DNA of 63,371 nucleotides, the filler included, from Octopus bimaculoides (taxonomy: Eukaryota), in assembly GCF_001194135.2 (NCBI RefSeq). It is 6 parts of 5 records of this genome, joined end to end, with 100 filler letters (N's around TTAATTAATTAA, not from the genome) between each part and the next. Parts side by side here need not be neighbours in the genome. Positions count along the whole stretch, not along the records: positions 1 to 25,778 come from NC_068994.1; positions 25,879 to 37,237 come from NC_068997.1; 4 more parts are not named here. The stretch is one strand, 5' to 3'. Shown here piece by piece: positions 25,461-36,458 of the stretch. A program made the translations under genes and the position numbers. Within the stretch, counting starts at the first letter, position 1; each line of letters starts with the position of its first letter. A model generated the notes under the pieces. That model searched no databases, was not told the origin of the DNA, and saw only the letters and a list, made by a program, of their open reading frames with translations.

Positions 25461-25778
25461 CACAAAGGAGTATCCAAAAGTAACCGGAAACGTACTCTGT
25501 GTGACAAGCCCGTTGTAGTTTCTGCTAGGAAAAACAGCGGCTGAAACAGTTGTCATGCTTCAAACAGCTTACAAGGACGCTGCCATGAGTAAAACACAAA
25601 GTTTTCGAGTGGTTTTCTCGCTTCGGGAATGGTCACTTGACGCTTGAAGACCAACCTCGTTCAGGGTGACTGTCAACCTCCCCGAACGAATGAAAACATC
25701 ACGAAAATGCATCAACTGATCTTGGAGGACATTCGCCGAACAATTGGAGAACTTGTTGATATGACTTGTGTGTCCTGT
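25461..25778 (+). mobile_element. Mariner transposon 5' fragment (truncated at a gap)
   Basis: Degenerate N-terminal HTH: GKTAAETVVMLQTAYKDAAMSKTQ(fs)VFEWFSRFGNGHLTLEDQPRSG*LSTSRTNENITKMHQLILEDIRRTIGELV. Confidence 0.8.
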
Positions 25779-25878
25779 NNNNNNNNNNNNNNNNNNNNNN
25801 NNNNNNNNNNNNNNNNNNNNNNTTAATTAATTAANNNNNNNNNNNNNNNNNNNNNNNNNNNNNNNNNNNNNNNNNNNN
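25779..25878. other. 100-nt assembly gap padded with TTAATTAATTAA (also 37238-37337, 47745-47844, 52612-52711, 59882-59981)
   Basis: Identical 44N + TTAATTAATTAA + 44N structure at five sites. The pad gives stop codons in all six frames, which marks it as an artificial spacer. Confidence 0.95.
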
Positions 25879-25927
<49 letters not shown>

Positions 25928-26450
25928 ATATTTAGTATCACAACATGGTGAGAGGAAGGAAAATAAGGTTAGAGTGTCTCCACTCACTATGTTGCACTAC
26001 TTAACCATCCTTTCTGATTATGGATTTACAAAAAGAAGGCCTGATCAAACAGGATTTAACTAGACCATCCCACACTCCTGGACATAATGAACAATAACTT
26101 TCTTCCACTGTTTAACCTATATCTCTCCGATGACAGGATACCCAATTTACAGAGTCCTCGCTCGATGTGATACCCCAATAACTGGGATATCCCAGAAACA
26201 GCTGTCGGAGACTATTTTTAAAATTATTTTTACCATTCGTTATGTAGTTAAATTAGATTGAATTAAATTAAATTAAATGTCCTCATCACGCCTTGCCTAG
26301 TTGCTTGCTTTTCCTCTCTATTTTAACCTACACCTACTGGCTCAAAGGGAAGCCACCTTTAGCATAACTATTTAAATTTATATATACATATGTATATGCA
26401 TGAATTTAGTTGTATATATTTATATATATGTGTGTATATATATATGTATG

Positions 26451-26502
<52 letters not shown>

Positions 26503-27319
26503 NNNNNNNNNNNNNNNNNNNNNNNNNNNNNNNNNNNNNNNNNNNNNNNNNNNNNNNNNNNNNNNNNNNNNNNNNNNNNNNNNNNNNNNNNNNNNNNNNN
26601 NNNNNNNNNNNNNNNNNNNNNNNNNNNNNNNNNNNNNNNNNNNNNNNNNNNNNNNNNNNNNNNNNNNNNNNNNNNNNNNNNNNNNNNNNNNNNNNNNNNN
26701 NNNNNNNNNNNNNNNNNNNNNNNNNNNNNNNNNNNNNNNNNNNNNNNNNNNNNNNNNNNNNNNNNNNNNNNNNNNNNNNNNNNNNNNNNNNNNNNNNNNN
26801 NNNNNNNNNNNNNNNNNNNNNNNNNNNNNNNNNNNNNNNNNNNNNNNNNNNNNNNNNNNNNNNNNNNNNNNNNNNNNNNNNNNCACACACACACATATAT
26901 CCATATATGTATATAAAATGTGAATGGTATTATATGATCTTACACAGTTTTAGTCTTCAAATTTGAGAAAGCAATAGTAAAAAATACAAGAAGTTTTTAT
27001 GTGTCATGAATATTTTTTGATAATTTGAATATTTAACAAAACAACTGTTGTGTTGCTAATTGTATTTATAAACCTCTAAACTATCGCAACAGCAGCCCTC
27101 ATCTATTTTACACCTTTCACTACACCCAATCCTGCTGCAACAACAGTTTTTGCCACCACATCTACAACAATCAAACTCATCAAATTTTAAGTGTTAACAA
27201 GTCCAGTGGCGAAAGTGTTCACACTTCCGTCACCGGTTCTGCTACAACCACTACAGTACACCATTTCATCTTTCAGTCACCTTTACCTTATCATATATGC
27301 TTTAAAACGGGTTCGAATG

Positions 27320-27435
27320 CTACTTCTTATTTTTCGTCACAACAACGAAAACAAGTACAACAACAAGAATAGCCAGAATGCAGACAACTCCGATTAGAAC
27401 TCCAAGTGCCACTTTTACTGTTGGGTCAGTTATCG
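27320..27435 (-). CDS. Laccase terminal coding exon: transmembrane helix and short basic tail
   Basis: Strong acceptor (cttttttcttctttatcttttcAG, AG at 27437-27436). Phase 1 joins in frame with the upstream donor, giving ...ENISEH-A-ITDPTVKVALGVLIGVVCILAILVVVLVFVVVTKNKK* (TAG at 27322-27320). The spliced CDS is 2121 nt, 706 aa. Confidence 0.88.
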
Positions 27436-27504
27436 CTGAAAAGATAAAGAAGAAAAAAGAACGATATGGAGTTTATTAGGTAGATACACAAACAACAATT
27501 TATA

Positions 27505-27685
27505 AGGGCACGTGGCCCGATGGTTAGGGGTGTTGCATTCACAATCGCAAGATAGTGGTTTTGATTGCAAGCCCGAAAAAAAAAAGTGGAGTGGCTGTGT
27601 GGTAAGTAGCTTGCTTGCCAACCACATGGTTCCGAGTTCAGTCTCACTGCGAGGCAGCTTGGGCAAGTGTCTTCTACTATAGTTG
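27505..27685 (+). mobile_element. Adjacent SINE heads (C-like, then A) in the laccase intron
   Basis: ggcacgtggcccgatggttaggg head, then ggagtggctgtgtggtaagtagcttgc...ttgggcaagtgtcttctactatag. Confidence 0.7.
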
Positions 27686-28050
27686 GACGGAGGGACCGGT
27701 TAAAATGCTAGGGGTTTGGTTTGGTTCAGACCTCCAAATAAAGAAGAATTGGAGCGAGGTGACGAGCAGTGTGACCCACCTAACTCAGACCTGGTCTGAG
27801 TGGCAGCTATCCCTGAAAAAAAAAGGGCTGAGTTCGCAGGAGTGTTTATCGCTTCTGTGATTATCTACCGCCTAACCGTCGTGCCTTGCCCCCATTCCTG
27901 GCTCATCAAGTTGGAGTAGCTGCTCATCCGCTTTTTGTGGGGTGACAGAAGTCCTATTATAAAGCGCTCTGTCTGCTGCGATCACCCACTATAGCGTGGG
28001 TTAGGGACGCCTTGGCTGTTGATGCAAAGACATGCGCTGAGGCTGTCGAT
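27686..28050 (+). mobile_element. L1/Tx1-clade LINE fragment within the laccase intron
   Basis: WTEGPVKMLGVWFGSDLQIKKNWSEV...WQLSLK(fs)...VFIASVIIYRLTVVP...RFLWGD...CCDHPL resembles the post-RT region of Tx1-like ORF2. It is homologous to 48897-49124. Confidence 0.75.
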
Positions 28051-28224
28051 ATTGGGTTCAAAAACCCATTTGGATAGAAAAAGTCGAAAGCTTTGCATGA
28101 GATCCGAACACACATTTCCATTTATGTGTTTCGAGATCAAGTTCGCAAAAATGAAATATTTCACGTTCTTTCGAAATTTTATCAAATTCTTACAACATGA
28201 ACAATATATAAATTTATGTATATG

Positions 28225-28455
28225 TGTAAGTGTATGTGTGTCTGTGTATGCGCCTTAGTATTTGTCCCCTATCTGACAACCGGAGCTGGTTTGTTTATGT
28301 TCCTTTAACCTAGTGGTTCAACAAAACCGACCGATAGAATTAGTAGCAGAATTAAAAATAAGTGCTAGTATTAATTTGTTTGACCAAATCCTTCAAAGCG
28401 GTGATTCAGTATGGCTGCATTCTAATGACTGAAACACGTAAAAGATAAAAGACAA
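28225..28455 (+). mobile_element. SINE family A 3' half in the laccase intron
   Basis: tgacaaccgg...gaccgatagaa...gtatggctgcattctaatgactgaaacacgtaaaagataaaag. Confidence 0.7.
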
Positions 28456-28559
28456 AGATATAAAAAAAATTAAAAAAAAAAAAACAAAGAAAGAAAGGAA
28501 AGAAAAGAAACGAGATTGCAGAGAAACGATAAAATAAGTTATTGAAAACTATTCCTTAC

Positions 28560-30564
28560 CGTGTTCTGAAATATTTTCATTTCCTTTTTCACACTTATTA
28601 GTATTGTTATTATTAGCATTTTTATCACCAACACCTTTTGTTTCTTCATAATAAACTCCTTTCTCGAAACTTCGACATACAGGGAAATTGTCAGGGATTT
28701 TTGGTAAGTGGGCATAAGATTCGTTAAGAACCAAAGCCATTCCATCTTTACTGTGTAATTCAATATGGCAGTGCATGATCCATACTCCAGGATTATCGGC
28801 CACTATTCTCACTACAACGTATCCACCTGTAGGGACCATAATTGTATCCTTTTGAGGGGCGTTTCGTAAATTCATTCCGGGGATGTTGTCTCCCTCCCAG
28901 TTGTTGTGTGACCAAGCTGCATCGTTACAATAGTTCATTTTCGGATCACCTCTGCAATCAATATCTTTAGTATCATGTATTATTTCTCCCGATGTTTCAT
29001 TGTATTTCGGAAAACCCATTTTAACTACATAAAATGAATGTCCGTGCATGTGTATGGGGTGAGAGAATCCCTTACCTTTTCCCAGGTTTGTCATTACAAC
29101 TTGAATTGTATCACCATGTTTCAGGTTTAATGAGTAAGTACACCGACACACTTTATCAACACCGCATTTGGTATTATCACACAGAGTATCTATTTCATTT
29201 GGTTGTGTTAAAGGGTTTACCGTGGGTTCCACGAACACACGACCATTTACTGATGCTGGTGTGTATCCTGGCTCACCAGGAAAAGCAAAATTTAAAAAAT
29301 ATTCCTCAAACTTCCCAGACTTGAATGGAGGTATAACAACAGGGTAATCAGATTTCAGGTCATCAAACTGTAAACACCGTTTAGTACTTTTCTCGGGATA
29401 ATAAAGAAAGGGACAGTTAAGTAAGACGCAGTTCTTCTGCTGAACACAATCAGAAACTGTGGAGTTGGGGTCTTCGTCCGGTGCACCCTTATAACGAAGA
29501 ATTACTTCAAATGTGTTATTTTTTCCACTTTCCATTGTTTTTCCACGAATCCAATAATTTCCGACAGAGTTATTTGCCTTCAATATAAAGTCAAATCTCT
29601 CACCTGGACTGAGGATGAAATAATCAACACCTATTGGTTTTAGGTCATAACCATCAGAGGCAATGACTACCATCTGGTGACCATCAACAGATACTTCAAA
29701 CGGGTAAAGGGACCCTGCAGCGATCACTCTAAAACGATATTCTTTACCAGATTCTACTTCAAAGGTAGTCAGCGGGGCCCCATTGTGTTTCCCTGATTCA
29801 TCATAATAGCGGCCTCGACCATTCACAAGACCAGAATGGAAATTAAAAAGACTAAAAAGCGCTCCATCAAGAGATTTGGAATTTTCAATGTTTTTACGGT
29901 TCCAATAGAGTCCGAAATCCATTTTTAAATAACTCACATCGGAATCCCAGTTATGGTTGTAGTCTGTTATTAACATCACATGTTCTTCCATTTTAGGGTT
30001 TGCCTTCTCGTGTATTATAAATGCACCAAATAGTCCCATAGTACGTTGTGTCCCAAGATGAGAATGGTACCAAAAGGTTCCAATTTGTGTGACATTAAAT
30101 TCATATCTGAACGACTGACCTGGTTGAATTGGACACTGTGAAACCCAAGGTACGCCATCCATATGAGGTGTTCCTTTTTGATGAATGCCGTGCCAATGTA
30201 TTGTTGTAGCTTCTGAAAATAATTGGTTTTCTACTTCAATGATGATTCTTTGTCCTTTATAAGCTTCTATTGTTGGTCCTGGAACTGTGCCATTAACTGC
30301 AATCACCATAACTGTCTCAGAAAAACCATCCATAGTAATAACTTCATCAGTTGGTATCGGTGGAGCATCCGTAAAATTAGTGACGTCATATCTGTAGAGT
30401 TTTCCATTATATGGTTGTACCAAACTCTTATTAACTAACATAGTTAATTTATAGGAAATTACCAGCTTAAACTCACACTCGTCGTCTTCCATACGACAGC
30501 CATGAGAATAAACTAATGGTGATAAGAGACCCAGGAGGAATATAATTACGTTGAAGTGAACCAT
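28560..30564 (-). CDS. Laccase-like multicopper oxidase, main coding exon (signal peptide plus three cupredoxin domains)
   Basis: Uninterrupted ORF with all four multicopper-oxidase copper motifs: HWHG, WYHSH, HPIHMHGH and HCHIELHSKDGM (Met axial ligand). The likely start is the ATG at 30564 (MVHFNVIIFLLGLLSPLVYSHG, signal-peptide-like), 24 nt downstream of a splice acceptor (tttacattttgttatttcAG, AG at 30590-30589). The exon ends at a phase 1 donor, CAC G|GTAAGG (GT at 28559-28558). Confidence 0.95.
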
Positions 30565-31164
30565 TGTTGAACCAGTGTGTGCAGATATCTGAAATAACAA
30601 AATGTAAATATGAGAAACACTGAAATCATCAAAGACGATGTGACAATTAAATCATGAAATATTTGTATGTTTTAAAGACGAAAGAATACCAACATATTAA
30701 AGAGAAGAAATGAAAATAAAACTCTGTGTGACAGGCAGACGACAGGGAGATCAATATTGTTTTGTTAGTAGGACATTTCAGCTGGAACAAATTTTTATCA
30801 GAAATTGTTGGAAACTTAAGAATTTCTGGTTACAGTCTTTTGTTTCTCTGTCCTGTATAGCTTACGAGATGATCTTTGTCAACAGTTGGTGACTAACCCT
30901 CAGGAATTAACGCTGGGAATATCTCAAGTATACCTGCCCAAGCAGAACTACAGGATGAAAAATTAATCCAGTGAGTGTCACTGTGTGATACGGTGTGGTC
31001 CAGGGATCTTGGTAAATCACTAAACATGGATGCCGGAGATTGATTACATAATCTGGTACAAGTTTGTTCGTTTTATTCTTGCGGCTGTCGTTTACTAAGT
31101 AAAATATTTTTGCAGGTGACAGTTTATTAGTTGAGTATATGTAGTAATGAGGAGACCCTCAAAT

Positions 31165-31312
31165 CCTGAATATCCCCGAGAACTACGCTAAGGGTACACG
31201 CGTCTGTGGAGTGCTCAGCCATTTGCACGTTAATTTCACGAGCAGGCTGTTCCGTTGATCAGATCAACTGGAACCCTCGACGTCGTAAGCGACGGAGTGC
31301 CAACACAGACAC
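31165..31312 (+). mobile_element. SINE family D 3' fragment
   Basis: tgaatatccccgagaactacg...gagcaggctgttccgttgatc...gacggagtgccaac. Confidence 0.85.
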
Positions 31313-31751
31313 AACACACTTATTGGTAAAATTATTCTCTGAAAATACTTTTATTTCTCTCAGTTAATCTCGAATATGACAAGTCCGGCGTAGCTTATGT
31401 TTTGTTTATGCAGTCCCATTGTTGGAAGTTAGATAGCAGCCTCTGTTTATGAGGTTGGCACACTTATGACGTTTGTTATTTGAATGCGTATGGGCGGAAG
31501 TCTCCGACATAGCAGAGTATTTCTTGATATAAAGTAGGTTAGGTTAGCCGGCGAATTGATAGAATCGTTAGAACTAGTAGGATAGAATTCCCTATACAGG
31601 AATTCTGAGTTCAAATCCTGCCGAAGTTCTCGTTTCTATTATCTTTTCGGAGGATGATAAATAATAAGTTAAAGTAATTTAAGGATTTAAAAAATGAAAT
31701 GAAATGAATGTAAATCACACGCGCACGCACACACACACATATATATATACG

Positions 31752-32008
31752 CGTGGCTGAGTGGTTAGGGCATTCGGCTCGCGATCGTAGCGTCGCGAGT
31801 TCGATTCCTGGCAACGTGTTGTGTCCTTGAGCGAGACATTTTTATTTCACGTTGCTCCAGTCTACTCAGCTGGCAGAAATTGGTTGTACCAGTAATTACA
31901 AAAGGGCCAGCCTTGTCGCACTCTGGGGTCGATTTGCTCGACTATAAAGGCGGTGCTCTAGCATGGCCGAAGTCAAATGACTGAAACAAGTAAAAAAGTA
32001 AAAGAGTA
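31752..32008 (+). mobile_element. Chimeric SINE (C-type head, D-type middle, A-type tail)
   Basis: gtgttgtgtccttgagcgagacatt...ctactcagctggc (C), aaagggccagccttgtcgcac (D), then tggggtcgatttgctcgactataaaggcggtgct...gaaacaagtaaaa (A). Confidence 0.7.
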
Positions 32009-32078
32009 AGTGTCATCATAGTCTGCTGGCTGTCATCATACTCCACAAAATAAAGCTGGAATAGTAATAATAATGATA

Positions 32079-32291
32079 ATCTTTTGTACACTAGGCACAA
32101 GGCCCGAAATTTTGGGGAGGGGGCCAGCCGATTAGATCGATTCCATTACGCAACTGGTACTTAATTTATCGAACCCGAAAAGATGAAAGGCAAAGTCGAC
32201 CTCAGCGGAATTTGAACTAAGATCGTAGTAACAGACGAAATAGCGCTAAGCATTTCGCCCAGCGTGCTAACGATTCTGCCAGCACGCCGCC

Positions 32292-32293
<2 letters not shown>
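32079..32293 (-). mobile_element. SINE family B, full length
   Basis: Reverse-complement homology to 35621-35838; CpGs retained. Confidence 0.85.
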
Positions 32294-32356
<63 letters not shown>

Positions 32357-32410
32357 GATGATGATGATGATGATGATGATGGTAGGGATGATGATGATGA
32401 TGATGATGAT
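32294..32410. repeat. (TAA)n(TGA)n microsatellite between two SINE B copies
   Basis: Direct inspection. Confidence 0.9.
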
Positions 32411-32575
32411 AAGGCCTGAAATTTTGTGGGGTGCGGACTAGTCGATTACGTTGACCACTGGTAGTAAATTTATCGAACCCGAACGGTGAGAGGCTAAGTC
32501 GGCCTCGGCGGAATTTGAACTCAAAACGTAATGACGGACGAAATGCTGCTAAACATTTTATCCGGCGTCCTAGGG
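32410..32575 (-). mobile_element. SINE family B, partial
   Basis: ggcggaatttgaactcaaaacgtaa...aaatgctgctaa; its tail runs into the (TGA)n/(TAA)n array. Confidence 0.7.
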
Positions 32576-32657
32576 CTATAAGACTGAGGAAAGGTCTAAT
32601 ATAATAATATATTCTGATACATATATACATACATGTGTGTGTGTGTATGTGTGTATG

Positions 32658-32690
<33 letters not shown>

Positions 32691-32971
32691 TCATATATGT
32701 ATATATATGTGTGTGTGTGCACGTGTGTCTATGTTCTCCTTTGTATGTGCGTGTTTGCGTATATGAGTGTATGAGCGCATATATCTATATACTTATATAT
32801 ATATATGTATACNNNNNNNNNNGTGCGTGTTTGCGTATATGAGTGTATGAGCGCATATATCTATATACTTATATATATATATGTATACACACACACATAT
32901 ATATATTTATATATATGTAAACACATACATGCACACATTCATACATACGCACACATACATACATACACATA

Positions 32972-33002
<31 letters not shown>

Positions 33003-35197
33003 GGAAATAATTCGAAGTGTCTATTGCTGAATAGAAAGAACTCAGTACAGAATATGAGTAGAGTGACGAGCCTATTTCCGTACGATAAAATCGATATGCG
33101 CAAGATGTCTTTCATATTTTTTCTATAATAATCAGCATATGACGAACGAAGTCGGGAAAATAGTAACGAAAGAGGATTCAATATGCGTGTATATATATNN
33201 NNNNNNNNNNNNNNNNNNNNNNNNNNNNNNNNNNNNNNNNNNNNNNNNNNNNNNNNNNNNNNNNNNNNNNNNNNNNNNNNNNNNNNNNNNNNNNNNNNNN
33301 NNNNNNNNNNNNNNNNNNNNNNNNNNNNNNNNNNNNNNNNNNNNNNNNNNNNNNNNNNNNNNNNNNNNNNNNNNNNNNNNNNNNNNNNNNNNNNNNNNNN
33401 NNNNNNNNNNNNNNNNNNNNNNNNNNNNNNNNNNNNNNNNNNNNNNNNNNNNNNNNNNNNNNNNNNNNNNNNNNNNNNNNNNNNNNNNNNNNNNNNNNNN
33501 NNNNNNNNNNNNNNNNNNNNNNNNNNNNNNNNNNNNNNNNNNNNNNNNNNNNNNNNNNNNNNNNNNNNNNNNNNNNNNNNNNNNNNNNNNNNNNNNNNNN
33601 NNNNNNNNNNNNNNNNNNNNNNNNNNNNNNNNNNNNNNNNNNNNNNNNNNNNNNNNNNNNNNNNNNNNNNNNNNNNNNNNNNNNNNNNNNNNNNNNNNNN
33701 NNNNNNNNNNNNNNNNNNNNNNNNNNNNNNNNNNNNNNNNNNNNNNNNNNNNNNNNNNNNNNNNNNNNNNNNNNNNNNNNNNNNNNNNNNNNNNNNNNNN
33801 NNNNNNNNNNNNNNNNNNNNNNNNNNNNNNNNNNNNNNNNNNNNNNNNNNNNNNNNNNNNNNNNNNNNNNNNNNNNNNNNNNNNNNNNNNNNNNNNNNNN
33901 NNNNNNNNNNNNNNNNNNNNNNNNNNNNNNNNNNNNNNNNNNNNNNNNNNNNNNNNNNNNNNNNNNNNNNNNNTATATATATATATATATATACGTACAT
34001 GTATGTATGTATGTATGTATGTATGTATGTATCTATCTATCTATATAAATATGCACATATATGTATATAACTATACATATATATATGTGTGCGTGTGTTT
34101 GCATGTATGTATGTATGTAGGTAGGTATATGTGTGTATATGTGTATATGTATACATGTTTTCCATGAGAAGTTATCATTTATAAAATCAATTATCAATTA
34201 ATATGAATTTTAGCAGATTACATGATTAACATTTACATGGATCACTTGGACAGTGACGCTGTGTGTGTGTGTGTGTGTGTGTGNNNNNNNNNNNNNNNNN
34301 NNNNNNNNNNNNNNNNNNNNNNNNNNNNNNNNNNNNNNNNNNNNNNNNNNNNNNNNNNNNNNNNNNNNNNNNNNNNNNNNNNNNNNNNNNNNNNNNNNNN
34401 NNNNNNNNNNNNNNNNNNNNNNNNNNNNNNNNNNNNNNNNNNNNNNNNNNNNNNNNNNNNNNNNNNNNNNNNNNNNNNNNNNNNNNNNNNNNNNNNNNNN
34501 NNNNNNNNNNNNNNNNNNNNNNNNNNNNNNNNNNNNNNNNNNNNNNNNNNNNNNNNNNNNNNNNNNNNNNNNNNNNNNNNNNNNNNNNNNNNNNNNNNNN
34601 NNNNNNNNNNNNNNNNNNNNNNNNNNNNNNNNNNNNNNNNNNNNNNNNNNNNNNNNNNNNNNNNNNNNNNNNNNNNNNNNNNNNNNNNNNNNNNNNNNNN
34701 NNNNNNNNNNNNNNNNNNNNNNNNNNNNNNNNNNNNNNNNNNNNNNNNNNNNNNNNNNNNNNNNNNNNNNNNNNNNNNNNNNNNNNNNNNNNNNNNNNNN
34801 NNNNNNNNNNNNNNNNNNNNNNNNNNNNNNNNNNNNNNNNNNNNNNNNNNNNNNNNNNNNNNNNNNNNNNNNNNNNNNNNNNNNNNNNNNNNNNNNNNNN
34901 NNNNNNNNNNNNNNNNNNNNNNNNNNNNNNNNNNNNNNNNNNNNNNNNNNNNNNNNNNNNNNNNNNNNNNNNNNNNNNNNNNNNNNNNNNNNNNNNNNNN
35001 NNNNNNNNNNNNNNNNNNNNNNNNNNNNNNNNNNNNNNNNNNNNNNNNNNNNNNNNNNNNNNNNNNNNNNNNNNNNNNNNNNNNNNNNNNNNNNNNNNNN
35101 NNNNNNNNNNNNNNNNNNNNNNNNNNNNNNNNNNNNNNNNNNNNNNNNNNNNNNNNNNNNNNGTGTGTGTGTACATATATACATATATATATGTATG

Positions 35198-35240
<43 letters not shown>

Positions 35241-35620
35241 TCACACACAGACACATATATATAGTGAGAGTGAGAGTGAGAGGTAGAGTGAGAGATTTAC
35301 GCACCTTATTTTCTTACTCTCTCATTTCTTTGTTCCCCCCTCCTCTTATTACATTGTATGTCAGATAGTGTCAAACACCGCTTGAGACATAACTTGTCTC
35401 ATTCTTCTACTCTTTCACAAGGAATATTAAGCTTTCGGTGAACGACGTTATTCAGATATTTGCATTATTTCACGAAGATATGTGTCATTTATTTTGTACA
35501 ATATATTATTATTATTTACTTATGTTTTATTAAAATATGCTTCGACTGCGATTAAGCCGTAAGAGCAGGTCTCATTTTGCATTTAAAAAAAAAATATTGT
35601 TTTTACTATGAGTTGCAGCT

Positions 35621-35838
35621 GTAAGGCAGTGAGGTGGCAGAATCGCTAAAACGCCGGGCGAAATGCCTAGCAGTATTTCGTCTGGTGCTGCGTTCTGAGT
35701 TCAAATTCCTGTCGAGGTCAACTTTGCCTTTCATCCTTTCGGGGTCGATAAATTAGTTACCAGTCAAGTACTGGGGTCGATGTTATCGACTTACCCCCAC
35801 CCTCAAAGATTTCAGGCCTTGTGCTTATAGTAGAAAGG
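35621..35838 (+). mobile_element. SINE family B with (GTT)n tail
   Basis: gaggtggcagaatcgctaaaacgccgggcgaaatgc...ccttgtgcttatagtagaaagg. Confidence 0.85.
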
Positions 35839-35841
35839 ATT

Positions 35842-35877
<36 letters not shown>

Positions 35878-36331
35878 ATTGTTATAGTTGCTTATTTGCT
35901 GTATTTTAGGGTATCCGTCATCAATATAACTGCTTTGTGTTTGCGCGTGTGTCTGTGAGGGGGCGGGATCGTGTACGTGCACGTGCTGGGTGTTTAATTT
36001 GAAATCGAATTATTCAGTTTAGAATATGTAAATTAAATAACTTAGTTAATTATCAAATTTTCAATTTGAATACATTAGATATATATATATATATATATAT
36101 AACAATTAGAAAATGGAGGATAATATGCTGAACCCAACTACTTGCAGACAATGTATCCCGTTGAATTCATTAATTTAATTCGTAGCTAAAGTGACAAAAA
36201 AAGAAAGAAAAAAAGGAAGAAAAAAAAAAACCAAAGCACAGGTGTCCATTACAAACTATGTTATTTTGCCAACCTGGTTTACATATAGAAGTACAAAGTA
36301 CATAAGGAATTAGAGGATGAACAGAAGTTTT

Positions 36332-36458
36332 ATCTTACAGCTGTTTCGGCCTAGTTTTAGCATGCCCCATTCTATTCGAATATTTCTTGCCAGAGTGATT
36401 ATCGGATGACATGTTGAAATGGACTTACATGCCCGAACCGCTAGGCCTCTTCAGAGAT
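36332..36458 (-). ncRNA. Type I minimal hammerhead ribozyme (Penelope-associated type), intact core
   Basis: Minus strand reads AUCU-CUGAAGA-GGCCUAG-(86 nt loop II)-CUAGGCC-GAAA-CAGCUG-UA-AGAU. All conserved core bases are present, with a 7-bp helix II, palindromic helix III (ACAGCUGU) and 4-bp helix I. Predicted cleavage is after GUA, between 36336 and 36335. Confidence 0.75.

Noticed and set aside
25823-25834. Recurring TTAATTAATTAA motif (five copies)
   Set aside because: Always centred in a 100-nt N gap and gives stop codons in all six frames. It is an assembly spacer, not a biological motif.
29034-29324. Plus-strand ORFs overlapping the laccase (also 30223-30438)
   Set aside because: Antisense shadow frames of a real coding exon, with no independent features.
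30565-30600. N-terminal extension MLFQISAHTGST of the 683-aa laccase ORF
   Set aside because: It starts at a TTG inside a polypyrimidine tract/acceptor. The in-frame ATG at 30564 directly begins a signal-peptide-like sequence.
28549-30600. Laccase as bacterial contamination or recent horizontal transfer because it looks intronless
   Set aside because: It has a eukaryotic signal peptide, canonical spliceosomal sites on both sides, a downstream in-phase TM exon and host SINEs in its intron.
35425-35470. Hammerhead-like CTGAATA...GAAAGCTTA on the minus strand
   Set aside because: G8 is missing and helix II is not convincing. Too degenerate to distinguish from chance.
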